Positions 18,540-28,174 of a stretch of DNA of 64,000 nucleotides are shown piece by piece; the stretch's first letter is position 1, and each line of letters opens with the position of its first letter. Location: positions 32,001-96,000 of IMG/VR virus record IMGVR_UViG_3300048599_000194; one strand, 5' to 3'. Under the pieces are notes generated by a model. It was not told where the DNA came from and ran no database searches. It worked only from the letters and a program-made list of their open reading frames with translations. Position numbers and translations under genes: made by a program. The DNA comes from a virus (lineage: Duplodnaviria; Heunggongvirae; Uroviricota; Caudoviricetes).

Positions 18540-18979
18540 AGTGATATTGTAACAGCCTCTTTGGTCTTGCGACTTCTCTTCTTAGGAGGTGGCATCACAG
18601 AACCATCTTGCTTTTGCAAAATAATTGAAGAGTCCGTAGTACTCTGAAGTTCTTGATTCTCTTCATTTGATTTTCGATATTCTTCGGATGCGGCTAATAG
18701 TTTCTTTCGAGCCTCCGCAATCTCCTCTTCAGTTCGCTTCTTCAATTTAATAGGGTGTCTAGATTTAACCTCAAGGACTACCAGTTCAACTTCAGTAAAT
18801 CCCCAGTTATCCAAGTAAGATTGAGCCACCTCTTGCGCAATCGCTTTTTCTTCCTTGGTATTAAATCTAAAAATAGTAGGTGTATCAGTTCCATATTCGA
18901 AATGACCATCCACCCAATACTTATCACCTTTGTTAATATTTACGAACGCCGCAAATGTTGTCTTTTTGGTGTAATCCAT
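18536..18979 (-). CDS. Hypothetical protein
   Basis: 147 aa, TAATG-coupled. Confidence 0.6.
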   Translation of the reverse strand: MDYTKKTTFAAFVNINKGDKYWVDGHFEYGTDTPTIFRFNTKEEKAIAQEVAQSYLDNWGFTEVELVVLEVKSRHPIKLKKRTEEEIAEARKKLLAASEEYRKSNEENQELQSTTDSSIILQKQDGSVMPPPKKRSRKTKEAVTISL

Positions 18980-19470
18980 TAGATCTTATTCTTCCAATTA
19001 TCCCCTAATGACTGAACCTTCTCAGGTAGAACTACAATAGTGGCATTTGGATTTGTAGCCTCTATAATAGATTTAATTGTAGGCCAGTGTCCACCTGCTA
19101 AATCAGATGACATTAAGTATGGGAAATATACAGGTAATTTCCTAGTATTGATAAATGATAGCTTCTCTAGTGCAGTTTGCACTGCATCGTAGTTAGTATG
19201 CACTCCTAGTCCTGCATATGTGCATTGTCCAAATAAATTACCTATTCTCAATGCTGGACTATCCTTAACTGGTACTAGTTGTATTGTACCTAGTAATTGA
19301 TCTTCATATCCTATGCGAGTTTTGCATAGCTTATGATATTCCTTAAACACTATTGGGTAACGTGCTCTAATTTGCGCCGCTAATCCTCGACCCATAACCC
19401 CTAGGCAATTGACCTGATGTACAATTATCCCGTGTTGAACGTCGAGGAGATTTCCTTCTATGATCTCCAT
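18979..19470 (-). CDS. Macrodomain (Appr-1''-p / ADP-ribosylhydrolase-like)
   Basis: IIEGNLL, IVHQVNCLGVMGRGLA, NLFGQ, LAGGHW. Confidence 0.9.
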   Translation of the reverse strand: MEIIEGNLLDVQHGIIVHQVNCLGVMGRGLAAQIRARYPIVFKEYHKLCKTRIGYEDQLLGTIQLVPVKDSPALRIGNLFGQCTYAGLGVHTNYDAVQTALEKLSFINTRKLPVYFPYLMSSDLAGGHWPTIKSIIEATNPNATIVVLPEKVQSLGDNWKNKI

Positions 19471-19534
19471 CTCATTCTCCAGTAAAAAAAGTAAGGACCA
19501 TCCAAACGGATCCTCTACTTACATGTTAACAACC

Positions 19535-20050
19535 TCACCTGCTACTTGGAACGAATCTATCTAACGCCTTGATCTCTTCTTCAGTGAATATTTTGAATTC
19601 CCATCCTCTTTTATTACAAAATACACCTGCCGCATTCCACTTTGCGGTGTTTATCATATATTCATTCATCTGATAAGCCCATGTCTTAGTTCTCTTTTTT
19701 TGTTTAGGAGGGCTTAATTTAGATAATGGTTTAACTTCAATTACCCACTTTTTATACTGACCTTTTTCATCCTTAAATTCAGCGAAAAAGTCAGTAAAGT
19801 ATCTATGAGGGTTTCCGTCAATTGGATTTATATACGGAACTTCTATTATTTCTGACCCCCATCTACATATATTATCATTAGTATCAAACATATACATTAT
19901 GTTATATTCCCAACTAGACCTGAATACTGGAGGTTTAGTTGACATATATTTTCTAGGATTCTTTACTTTATATACACCCTGGCTCCAACCACCTTCACTT
20001 GCAGGTCTTTGTATTGGAGTTTCTTGATCTTCAAATGGTCGATATGCCAT
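19535..20050 (-). CDS. Head completion nuclease (T4 gp4-like, TnsA-type)
   Basis: GVYKVKNPRKY, FRSSWE, WGSE, HRYFTDF, IEVKP, NTAKWNAA; late promoter upstream. Confidence 0.9.
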   Translation of the reverse strand: MAYRPFEDQETPIQRPASEGGWSQGVYKVKNPRKYMSTKPPVFRSSWEYNIMYMFDTNDNICRWGSEIIEVPYINPIDGNPHRYFTDFFAEFKDEKGQYKKWVIEVKPLSKLSPPKQKKRTKTWAYQMNEYMINTAKWNAAGVFCNKRGWEFKIFTEEEIKALDRFVPSSR

Positions 20051-20067
20051 TTAATTATTTAGACAAC

Positions 20068-20091
20068 AAAAAAGCCCTCTTTCGAGGGCTT
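20068..20091 (-). terminator. Rho-independent terminator after nrdJ
   Basis: GCCCTC-GAAA-GAGGGC then T6. Confidence 0.85.
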
Positions 20092-20098
20092 CTTCACA

Positions 20099-22582
20099 TT
20101 ATCCACATTTAGAATATCCGCAAGTGCAACTCTTACATCCTTCAGTGAAGATCATTTCTGATCCGCAATTTGGACATTTCTCGCCTGCCTTAGTACCATC
20201 TTTGATATGATGCTTTAGAACTCTGGAAATTACCTTATTGAATGAGAAAAGATCTGCCTCTTCATCTGCCTTATTGAAGATGTCAAGAACGTATTGAACT
20301 CCCATTCCAGTTCTAAGTAATCCAGAAACAGCTAGAGTATGGAATGCATAGTCAGCGCAAGCAAAAGCCTTCACTATATCCTTGATGACGATTGCATCTT
20401 CGCCTTCGCCAAATGTAAATGAATAGATGCCACGGCCTTCCTTCTTACCAACTTTAACAATCTTACCACTTTTTATCTTGCGAGGGAGTTGGATATTTTC
20501 GGCAATTCCTCCAAACACTTCATATGGTCTACCTTCATATAATCCAACGAAAATAACCCATTGCTGTCCAGAAATCTTGACGTGATGGACTTCACATTCA
20601 AGACTTGTTGGACGCTTAGGTGCATCAACCTCAGAGAATCCAGTATGCTTAGCCTCTTCCTTAGGCTTTTCTGTAATTAGAATACCCGAACGGCATCCGT
20701 CTCTATACACAGTAAATCCCTTACAGCCCTTCTCCCATGCATCCATGTAAACCTGAGCCACGAGGTCTTCTGAGACGTTTGACGGTAGATTGCATGTCTT
20801 AGATATAGAATGACACACCCATCGTTGCGCCGCCGCCTGGATGTCTACAGATGCTCTCCAGTCCACATCGTTCGCAGTAGCCTTGAAGTACGGAGATTTT
20901 TCGTAATCTGCGTCAGTCATGCCAGTTACGTTCATCCATTCCTTATATGCATGATGGAAAATATTATATTCAGTAAACTTATCGCCGACTCCATCAACAT
21001 ATGCAACTGTAGCATTTGAATCTTCTGGGTTAATCTTACGGCGACGAGTATACTTGACGCTAAAGGCAGGTTCAATTCCAGAAGTAGTCTGAGTCATCAT
21101 GGAAACGGATCCCGTAGGTGCAGTTGTGGTTAATGCAATATTCCTACGACCAAACTTCTTCCATTTATTCACATATTCTGAACCTAGCTCACTAATCACC
21201 TTCAATAAAAATGGGTGATTCTTCTCCTTCTCGTAGTTAAATACTTCAAATGCACCTCGAACCTCAGCCATATCAATTGTAGCTCGATATGCATTAACAG
21301 CTAAAGATTTATATATCTTCTCAGTAACCTCAACAGATTCTTTAGCTCCATAGGTAATACCTAGTGCCGCCAATGCATCCCCTAATCCTGTGATACCTAA
21401 TCCAGTTCTACGACCCTTCAATGCGGCAGATCTAATATTTTTCCAAAGATCCAATTCAATCTTTTTAATCTGGTCATCTTCTGCATCATTTTCAATTTTA
21501 GATATGATCTTATCCACCTGACCGATCTCAATATCAATCATCGAATCCATTAGATGCTGTGCTTTGTATGCAACTTCTGCAAATTTCACATAGTCGAACC
21601 ATGATTCATTAGTGAACTTATTCTCCACGAAAGAATATAGATTTAATGCCATTAAACGACACGAATCATTAGGTGATAATACAATTTCACCACATGGATT
21701 CGTAGATGTGCTACCAAATCCTTCTTCAGCGTAAATATCCGAAGGGGTCATATTTTTTGCATTATCCCAGAAAAGAACCCCAGGTTCCGCAGATTCCCAT
21801 GCCGCCTTAACTATCTGATTCCATATATCACGGGCGTTAACTTCCTTGACGATCTTAGGATTGTTTGAATCGACAGGCCACTGTAGAGTGTATTTTTCAT
21901 TAGCCTTAACAGCCCGCATAAACGCATCAGTGACTCTAATGGAGATATTTGCCCCAGTTACACGGGTTTGATTGCGCTTAATGTTTATGAAGGTTTCAAT
22001 CTCTGGGTGGTGTACCGACAAAGTCAACATTAGAGCACCTCGACGGCCTCCCTGTGCAACTTCTCTGCAGGTATTAGAAAATCTATCCATAAAAACAGCA
22101 ATACCGTCTGTTGTTTTTGCGGCATTTGATGTTGACTGACCTTTAGGGCGAATATTAGAAATATCGAATCCAACTCCACCGCGACGCTTCATTATTTGTG
22201 CTTGTTGTTGATCTGCCTGAAAAATTCCACCATATGAATCGACGGGGGATGGAATTACGAAACAGTTTGATGCAGATTGAATCGCATATGGATTTCCAAT
22301 TGCAGACATTGGAGATCCCTGTGGAATTACATACTTAAAACCCTTAAACAGTGAATAAATTTCATCAAATCCCATTCCGTCTTTATACATAGATTCAGCA
22401 TTTGCAAATTCTGTTGCAAGTCTCCTATGCATTGCATCTGGAGTTGACTCGACAATTTCATCTAAATCATTTCTTAATGCATATTTACCCACAAACACGC
22501 TAGATGCGGTAGTATCCCCATTAAAAAATTCAGAGGACTCTTTTAGGGCTTCTTCTGTTGAATACGATTTCATTTTTCTCAA
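20099..22582 (-). CDS. nrdJ: Class II (B12-dependent) ribonucleotide reductase
   Basis: SNCFV, TNPCGE, TTAPTG, TSGIEP, KGFTVYRDG, C-terminal zinc ribbon; no nrdB nearby. Confidence 0.9.
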   Translation of the reverse strand: MRKMKSYSTEEALKESSEFFNGDTTASSVFVGKYALRNDLDEIVESTPDAMHRRLATEFANAESMYKDGMGFDEIYSLFKGFKYVIPQGSPMSAIGNPYAIQSASNCFVIPSPVDSYGGIFQADQQQAQIMKRRGGVGFDISNIRPKGQSTSNAAKTTDGIAVFMDRFSNTCREVAQGGRRGALMLTLSVHHPEIETFINIKRNQTRVTGANISIRVTDAFMRAVKANEKYTLQWPVDSNNPKIVKEVNARDIWNQIVKAAWESAEPGVLFWDNAKNMTPSDIYAEEGFGSTSTNPCGEIVLSPNDSCRLMALNLYSFVENKFTNESWFDYVKFAEVAYKAQHLMDSMIDIEIGQVDKIISKIENDAEDDQIKKIELDLWKNIRSAALKGRRTGLGITGLGDALAALGITYGAKESVEVTEKIYKSLAVNAYRATIDMAEVRGAFEVFNYEKEKNHPFLLKVISELGSEYVNKWKKFGRRNIALTTTAPTGSVSMMTQTTSGIEPAFSVKYTRRRKINPEDSNATVAYVDGVGDKFTEYNIFHHAYKEWMNVTGMTDADYEKSPYFKATANDVDWRASVDIQAAAQRWVCHSISKTCNLPSNVSEDLVAQVYMDAWEKGCKGFTVYRDGCRSGILITEKPKEEAKHTGFSEVDAPKRPTSLECEVHHVKISGQQWVIFVGLYEGRPYEVFGGIAENIQLPRKIKSGKIVKVGKKEGRGIYSFTFGEGEDAIVIKDIVKAFACADYAFHTLAVSGLLRTGMGVQYVLDIFNKADEEADLFSFNKVISRVLKHHIKDGTKAGEKCPNCGSEMIFTEGCKSCTCGYSKCG

Positions 22583-22611
22583 GTTTCCTTTCTATGAGTT
22601 TTTATTTAGCT

Positions 22612-23565
22612 TTAATTCCAACCAAGATTTTTTACATTAGCCTGTGTAAACAAATTACATTTAGACAATTGAGTTATATATTCATAGTTATCTGGGAAGA
22701 ATTCCATTAGCAATAAATGATCAACCTCTGCAACTGGCTTTGAATTATATTCATTCCAAATGGAATCTTTAATATCTTGCGGTATTCTGTCTAGATTAAT
22801 CAATCTCTGATTTCTTTCAAATGCCTCAAGGAGCCCTTCCTTCATTGCATATGAGTAAATATTCCCATTACACTCAGTTATGATCTTCTGGGCAGTCACT
22901 TCGCCTAATCGGGGTCTGAGATTTGGAATATTATCTCCAGTATCTCCAGTCAAAATCTTCATTTGAATGAGTTTCACCGGATCAACCCCTACAACTTCAG
23001 TTCTTCCTTCAGCCCCTCTACTCAAAAATGCAGTCTTACTATTGTCGTTCAACTTAAATACCCTGAAATTTCTATACTTGAATAATTGATGCCAGTCACT
23101 GTCATTTGACAGTGCAATAATATCGTGTGTTTCGCTGAGATGTTCAGTTAAAACAGCCACAATGTCATCGGCTTCGATTCTATCAAGAAGAATCGTCTTA
23201 ATTGGCATATTTTCTGAAATATCTCGCATTAGTTGATCGCGAGTCTGATAAAAAAGGTTCCAATCAATTGGAATCTTTGCCTTATTTGCCTTCCTATTAT
23301 CCTTATATTCGGGATAAATGTCTTTTCTCCATAGATTCTTACCGTCACATGCAAGAGTTAGATAATCGGGATTAAAACTAGAAATAATATCAAGAATTTC
23401 AAGTTTAACGTCTTGAATCCACTGCTTGAATCCACCTTCAGACTCCATTGCGAGGATTGTTTCTTTTTGGAGGCCGAGATCTTCGCATCTCGCCTTACTC
23501 GCAAGGGAATGAAGTTTCCAATACGAGAGTCCACCTACGTCTACGGTAACATGTCTTAAGCTCAT
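22612..23565 (-). CDS. rnh: T4 RNase H-like 5'-3' exonuclease
   Basis: WRKDIYPEYKDNR, EADD, SNDSDWHQL, GDTGDNIP. Confidence 0.9.
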   Translation of the reverse strand: MSLRHVTVDVGGLSYWKLHSLASKARCEDLGLQKETILAMESEGGFKQWIQDVKLEILDIISSFNPDYLTLACDGKNLWRKDIYPEYKDNRKANKAKIPIDWNLFYQTRDQLMRDISENMPIKTILLDRIEADDIVAVLTEHLSETHDIIALSNDSDWHQLFKYRNFRVFKLNDNSKTAFLSRGAEGRTEVVGVDPVKLIQMKILTGDTGDNIPNLRPRLGEVTAQKIITECNGNIYSYAMKEGLLEAFERNQRLINLDRIPQDIKDSIWNEYNSKPVAEVDHLLLMEFFPDNYEYITQLSKCNLFTQANVKNLGWN

Positions 23566-23582
23566 GACAGTATGATAGCAGA

Positions 23583-24314
23583 CTATAGGGCTTCTAAAGC
23601 CGAAAGTCGCTCGTTCATCTGATCGAGCACGCCACTATTTCGAAGAATTTTATACGCCAGAGTTTCCACTGAGAACTCGCCACTGGAATGTAGCCCTGCG
23701 TATCTCATTTTGTATAATCTATCCTTCAGTTTCTTGATCTGGTCTGCCGTTTCTGCCCTATTGACCATTTCGATTAATTCTGCCGCCTTCTCTTTAACTG
23801 CAGACAGATCAACTACAATGTTCTTTCTGTCAGGTTTGACTATCCATTCACCTTTCATTAGGCTATAATAAGCCGCACCTTTAACTAAATCAGAATCGGC
23901 CTCGGCGGCATAACATTCTACCGGAATATTAGACACTTTAATATCATACTTTAATCCCCATAGAACTTTCTTATTAAACAAATACTCAGATACTAATTCA
24001 GGTTCATCGCCTACGCTAGAGTAATCAACCATTAAATGCAAATCTAAATCGCTAGTCGGAGAATAATTGTAGTTACAATTAGAACCTGTCAATACAATAT
24101 CCTTAACATCTATCTTAGACCCTTTATATCTAATAAAATCAGAGAATTTATCTGCAATTGCAGTTAATTTAGTCTTAATTTCATCCCTTAGATAATACTC
24201 ACCATCAATCTTAGCCCATAAAATAGGATTTAACTCACTATGAAATTTAATAGAAGAAACATCAATATCCTCTGGATTCACATCTTCTTCAAGTAACTCA
24301 AGATAATCGATCAT
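23583..24314 (-). CDS. Pol-beta superfamily nucleotidyltransferase
   Basis: LTGSNCNYNY...SDLDLH, VECY; start moved to ATG 24314 (5 nt after ATAAATA). Confidence 0.8.
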   Translation of the reverse strand: MIDYLELLEEDVNPEDIDVSSIKFHSELNPILWAKIDGEYYLRDEIKTKLTAIADKFSDFIRYKGSKIDVKDIVLTGSNCNYNYSPTSDLDLHLMVDYSSVGDEPELVSEYLFNKKVLWGLKYDIKVSNIPVECYAAEADSDLVKGAAYYSLMKGEWIVKPDRKNIVVDLSAVKEKAAELIEMVNRAETADQIKKLKDRLYKMRYAGLHSSGEFSVETLAYKILRNSGVLDQMNERLSALEAL

Positions 24315-24318
24315 ATAG

Positions 24319-25116
24319 TTATTTATTTGAAGGAACTTCAAGCCTCTTCTTAGGCGCTCTAGTCTTTTTTACTGGTTCAATTACCTCAAGTTTAACCTTT
24401 TTTGCCTTTTTTTCTTTCTTAATTCTAACAAACTCACCAAATACTATAATTGGGTGTTCAATAGATGGCTTAGTTTTTGCACCCTTCTTTCCATTTACTA
24501 TTGCAGATAAACAATTAGCTTCTGGCATGTATAAATTATCAGGAAATTTTCCCGTCTCTCGATAGCATAGTTCAATTCTCAAAGTATTTGCCATATAACA
24601 CGCATCTACTAAATCTTCCTGTGGATTATTATATTCAGGTAATTCAAATATATAAGAATTTACCTTCTTACTTAATCCAGATGCTGAAAATGCAAGCCCC
24701 ATCATAACTTTATCCGCTCCACCATTTCCAGTTGCGCATTGCTTTACTGTCATTGGTGGGAATTTTTTCATTGGAATCTTCATGGAGTAAAATATATTTT
24801 TTAATGCACCCGAACACTCGGCAATGTCAAATACTTTACCCTTGGCCTTGAATGCATAATCCTCTACTGCAATATAATCAACGTCTTTTAGATACGGCTT
24901 AACAATTTCATATATGATAAATGGCCTATAGTGAGGTGGATGCGAATCATATTCCTTCGGAATTTTATGAATCGTTAGACCTTCTCCACTAAAAACCCAT
25001 TTATCTGTCTTCGTAAACCCATGCATATTGATCTCAACTATCTCGTAGTTATCGTCAATATCCATAATACAAAATCCAGGTGATGTTATACTTAGATCCA
25101 ATCCTAATATGCGCAT
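24319..25116 (-). CDS. RuvC-like Holliday junction resolvase
   Basis: ILGLDLSITSPG, AVEDY, PMTVKQCATGNGGADK, DLVDA. Confidence 0.85.
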   Translation of the reverse strand: MRILGLDLSITSPGFCIMDIDDNYEIVEINMHGFTKTDKWVFSGEGLTIHKIPKEYDSHPPHYRPFIIYEIVKPYLKDVDYIAVEDYAFKAKGKVFDIAECSGALKNIFYSMKIPMKKFPPMTVKQCATGNGGADKVMMGLAFSASGLSKKVNSYIFELPEYNNPQEDLVDACYMANTLRIELCYRETGKFPDNLYMPEANCLSAIVNGKKGAKTKPSIEHPIIVFGEFVRIKKEKKAKKVKLEVIEPVKKTRAPKKRLEVPSNK

Positions 25117-25130
25117 AATTATATCTTAAC

Positions 25131-25159
25131 AAAAAACCCCTTTTTCAAGGGGTTGTTTT
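25131..25159. terminator. Rho-independent terminator (possibly bidirectional)
   Basis: AAAAAACCCCTT-TTTC-AAGGGGTTGTTTT. Confidence 0.75.
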
Positions 25160-25887
25160 TACAAAGACTCTATTGCTTCTATCAATTCAGAAAAATCTTT
25201 AATTTCTGGAACCTTTGTCTTTGGAATCATTTCTGGATCTCCAATCCATGAAGTATTTTCTCTATTAACTCTGATAGCCTTTAATCCAACTTCAAGTGCC
25301 GGATTAATGTCATCTTTAACAGAATCACCAACTACAACAGTAGAGAATCTATCTAATTGGGATGTCTCAATTACACCATTCCATGTATATTTACTCTTAT
25401 GTGGTAGTACAAATAACCCATCGAACACTGGAGGCATTGTTGCGGCTTTTTTAGACTGGCCGTAAAAATCTCCTTTGGTTACCACATAAAGTGAATAACC
25501 TTTGGCTTTTAGCATTTTAAGTGTATCTATTACGTCAGAATATAATGTATATGGAGCCTCGTATACATCTGCGGCAAACTTTATCAATTTCAGTGGAGCA
25601 TCAGACTCATAAAATGCTGATGCTCGCTCAGCGTCCAATTCCTTTAACTTTTCATATATCTTAACTCTAATCCCATTTACTGAATCTAAAAAAGCATCCT
25701 TTGTAAATCCGTCTTTTTTCTTAGTTCTTTCTGATTCGTGTTCATTGAACATGTCCTCTATTTCTGAGATAGAAAACCCGCTTACATTTGAAAGAATCTT
25801 ATATAGATTCTTCCGAGTAAACGTGTAATATACCATGCAACGAACTAACGTATTATCTAAATCGAAAAGAATCGTGTTGATGCTCAT
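25159..25887 (-). CDS. HAD-superfamily hydrolase
   Basis: FDLDNTL, VTKGD, K, VGDSVKDDI. Confidence 0.9.
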   Translation of the reverse strand: MSINTILFDLDNTLVRCMVYYTFTRKNLYKILSNVSGFSISEIEDMFNEHESERTKKKDGFTKDAFLDSVNGIRVKIYEKLKELDAERASAFYESDAPLKLIKFAADVYEAPYTLYSDVIDTLKMLKAKGYSLYVVTKGDFYGQSKKAATMPPVFDGLFVLPHKSKYTWNGVIETSQLDRFSTVVVGDSVKDDINPALEVGLKAIRVNRENTSWIGDPEMIPKTKVPEIKDFSELIEAIESL

Positions 25888-26441
25888 AGGTTATTCCATT
25901 TCTTTATCTGGTTGATCTGCCATTTTAGTGTTTCTACGTCAGTTCCAATGTCATTAATTACGACATGGTCTATCAAATGTTCACTAACCCCAGCTTCAGA
26001 TGAATGTTGAAGTGCTTTTTCATCCATTCCGCTTCTATTTCTATTTGAATCAACTCGGATCACAATTCCGCCCTTGCGTTTGATCCATTCGGCCTCATTA
26101 TCAAATCTAATATCAGCTATAACGAACTTGTCAATGCTATTTGCTTTATATATTGAATGAAGCCAAGTCTCTGCGGCATCTACCCACGTATCCGCACCAT
26201 ATACATCTCTATTTTCTTCAGTTCCAATTTGCTGTAGCCGATGTCTCACATGCGCTGGCTTCGTATCAAATACTTCTTCATATGTAAATAAGTATTTTCT
26301 AACAACATCTATCTTAAAATGATTAGCAAGCGCAAACTTAAAGTAATCGCCTAAACAGGCATTAGCTATGAAATCCTTACCAGATCCCGCCTTACCATGC
26401 AAACCAATTATCTTTACGTTCTTCTCTAGTAAATCCAACAT
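25884..26441 (-). CDS. Deoxynucleoside monophosphate kinase (T4 gp1-like)
   Basis: GLHGKAGSGKD, RHRLQQIGTE, DIRFDNE, HSSE. Confidence 0.9.
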   Translation of the reverse strand: MLDLLEKNVKIIGLHGKAGSGKDFIANACLGDYFKFALANHFKIDVVRKYLFTYEEVFDTKPAHVRHRLQQIGTEENRDVYGADTWVDAAETWLHSIYKANSIDKFVIADIRFDNEAEWIKRKGGIVIRVDSNRNRSGMDEKALQHSSEAGVSEHLIDHVVINDIGTDVETLKWQINQIKKWNNL

Positions 26442-27534
26442 TAGATTTCTTCCTTTCTAGAAGATTAACTCCAAGGTCTAATGCTTCCATTTGAAAGCAC
26501 ATTATTTCTCCAATTGTAGGTTGAATCACATACTGCATGATGACTTCAGTCTTAACAGTGCCATCTGGATTCATCTCTTCTGGCTTAAAGAATCCTGAGG
26601 TGACAAGCCCATTTAGGTCGTGTACTCCTAATTCCCATTTCAACAACTTATTCGCCCACTTAAATACTCTAAAACCTTTTTTCAAGTACTTAAATGCAAC
26701 TCTCAATCCATCTTCATCTCCGTCAGCGAAAACTATTCCGTTTCGATGTAGAGACTTATGTATATTTTCAAAAAAGAAATCATATTTCTGAGCGCCACCA
26801 CATGCCCCAGAATTATCTACAAATTGACTATCTATTACACCCTCAAAAGCAAAATAATCCCTACCAAGATCTAAATTAGGTAAATTATAGTTATTAGGCT
26901 TCCAATTCTCTGGATATAGATACTTAACCCACGGTTTAGGTCTTAAATCTCTAGCCTCAAAATGTTTATATGTCATGTCTTTATTGTAATGAGGTATAAT
27001 TATTCGATTTGCATATCTACCCTCTTCGCAATATAGGAAATGTCTTGCATATTTTTTAGGAATTCTACGTGAACAAACAAACTCCATTGCACTTTGATAT
27101 GTTCTAGATTGAGTCTTCACTGCAAGTGGCTTGAATAATGAGTAGTCAACTATTTCCTCTTCGAGTGGCGCATCAACATAAGTTGCATTCTCAGTTTCTG
27201 TCTTCGAATTTAATGATATTCCAATAAAAACGTCCTGAATCCACTGATTGTATAGTTCTTTCTTTTCAGATTTCAGAAACTTACCAAATGAATTCTTATA
27301 CCCACAATTATGACAACCTATTGCTCCATTACCGTCCATATTGGTAATGAGAAACCCACGCTTCTTAGTCTTAACTTTATCCGAATCTCCACATATCGGG
27401 CATCTGAATACAAATTTACGCCCCTTTTGCTCAATACCCTCGACTCCGAATTTTTCTAGGTATTCCTTGAACTTCGCAGGGGGCGTAGTGACCACATGGT
27501 TCCATGAGTGTACGAATACGCCATCGTTCTCCAT
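26392..27534 (-). CDS. DNA primase (T4 gp61-like)
   Basis: FRCPICGDS...KKRG...CHNCG zinc domain; IIIP; FEGVIDS; DGD. Confidence 0.9.
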   Translation of the reverse strand: MENDGVFVHSWNHVVTTPPAKFKEYLEKFGVEGIEQKGRKFVFRCPICGDSDKVKTKKRGFLITNMDGNGAIGCHNCGYKNSFGKFLKSEKKELYNQWIQDVFIGISLNSKTETENATYVDAPLEEEIVDYSLFKPLAVKTQSRTYQSAMEFVCSRRIPKKYARHFLYCEEGRYANRIIIPHYNKDMTYKHFEARDLRPKPWVKYLYPENWKPNNYNLPNLDLGRDYFAFEGVIDSQFVDNSGACGGAQKYDFFFENIHKSLHRNGIVFADGDEDGLRVAFKYLKKGFRVFKWANKLLKWELGVHDLNGLVTSGFFKPEEMNPDGTVKTEVIMQYVIQPTIGEIMCFQMEALDLGVNLLERKKSNVGFTREERKDNWFAW

Positions 27535-27550
27535 GTCATGATTGTAGCAA

Positions 27551-28105
27551 CTATCTAGGTCGCTGGAGTGAAGCTCGCCTACGATGGAGCTTGTTTATGA
27601 TTGACTTTGTTACCTTGCATATTGCTTCGCATTTGAATCTATTATTCGCTATTTCGTATAGTGTCTTTGTTAATTCTACCTCTGCAACTCTCAAAGACTT
27701 AATTGCACGTCCATCTGGATTAGATTCATCTAACTCATATTCTAATATTTCATTTACTGAACTCTCACCAACTCCATATCTTACGATTTCTATACATCTC
27801 AATCCAATTAACGTGGCTATTACGCTATTATATTCCTTCTTGTAATCACAATTAACATTAGTGAACTTAGTTAAATGAGACTTCTGTTCTTTTCTGAATT
27901 TACCCAATATGGAAATTGCCTCGTTTATTTGTTTTACTTCATTCAAATTATATCTAACTCCAACCAATTCAAAAATAACCTGTGACAGTCTGTCAATGTG
28001 ATCTTGATCATTGAAAACGCTAATAGAGTTAATATACATCAAATAAAGTGAATGTCTATTCCGATATAGTTCAGAAAATGCTTTATTTCTCTTGTAAATT
28101 GCCAT
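27551..28105 (-). CDS. Hypothetical protein
   Basis: 184 aa, SD GGAG. Confidence 0.6.
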   Translation of the reverse strand: MAIYKRNKAFSELYRNRHSLYLMYINSISVFNDQDHIDRLSQVIFELVGVRYNLNEVKQINEAISILGKFRKEQKSHLTKFTNVNCDYKKEYNSVIATLIGLRCIEIVRYGVGESSVNEILEYELDESNPDGRAIKSLRVAEVELTKTLYEIANNRFKCEAICKVTKSIINKLHRRRASLQRPR

Positions 28106-28119
28106 TTAGACTCCAAAAT

Positions 28120-28145
28120 AAAAAAGGAGAGGTTTTACCCTCTCC
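28120..28145 (-). terminator. Rho-independent terminator after gp32
   Basis: GGAGAGG-GTAAAA-CCTCTCC then T6. Confidence 0.8.
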
Positions 28146-28174
28146 CTGTATTTACATCAGAGACGAATATTTTC

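Noticed and set aside
28148-28154. GTAAATA late-like motif upstream of ORF 27551-28105
   Set aside because: Lies directly before a terminator hairpin and deviates from the consensus; cannot be supported as a promoter
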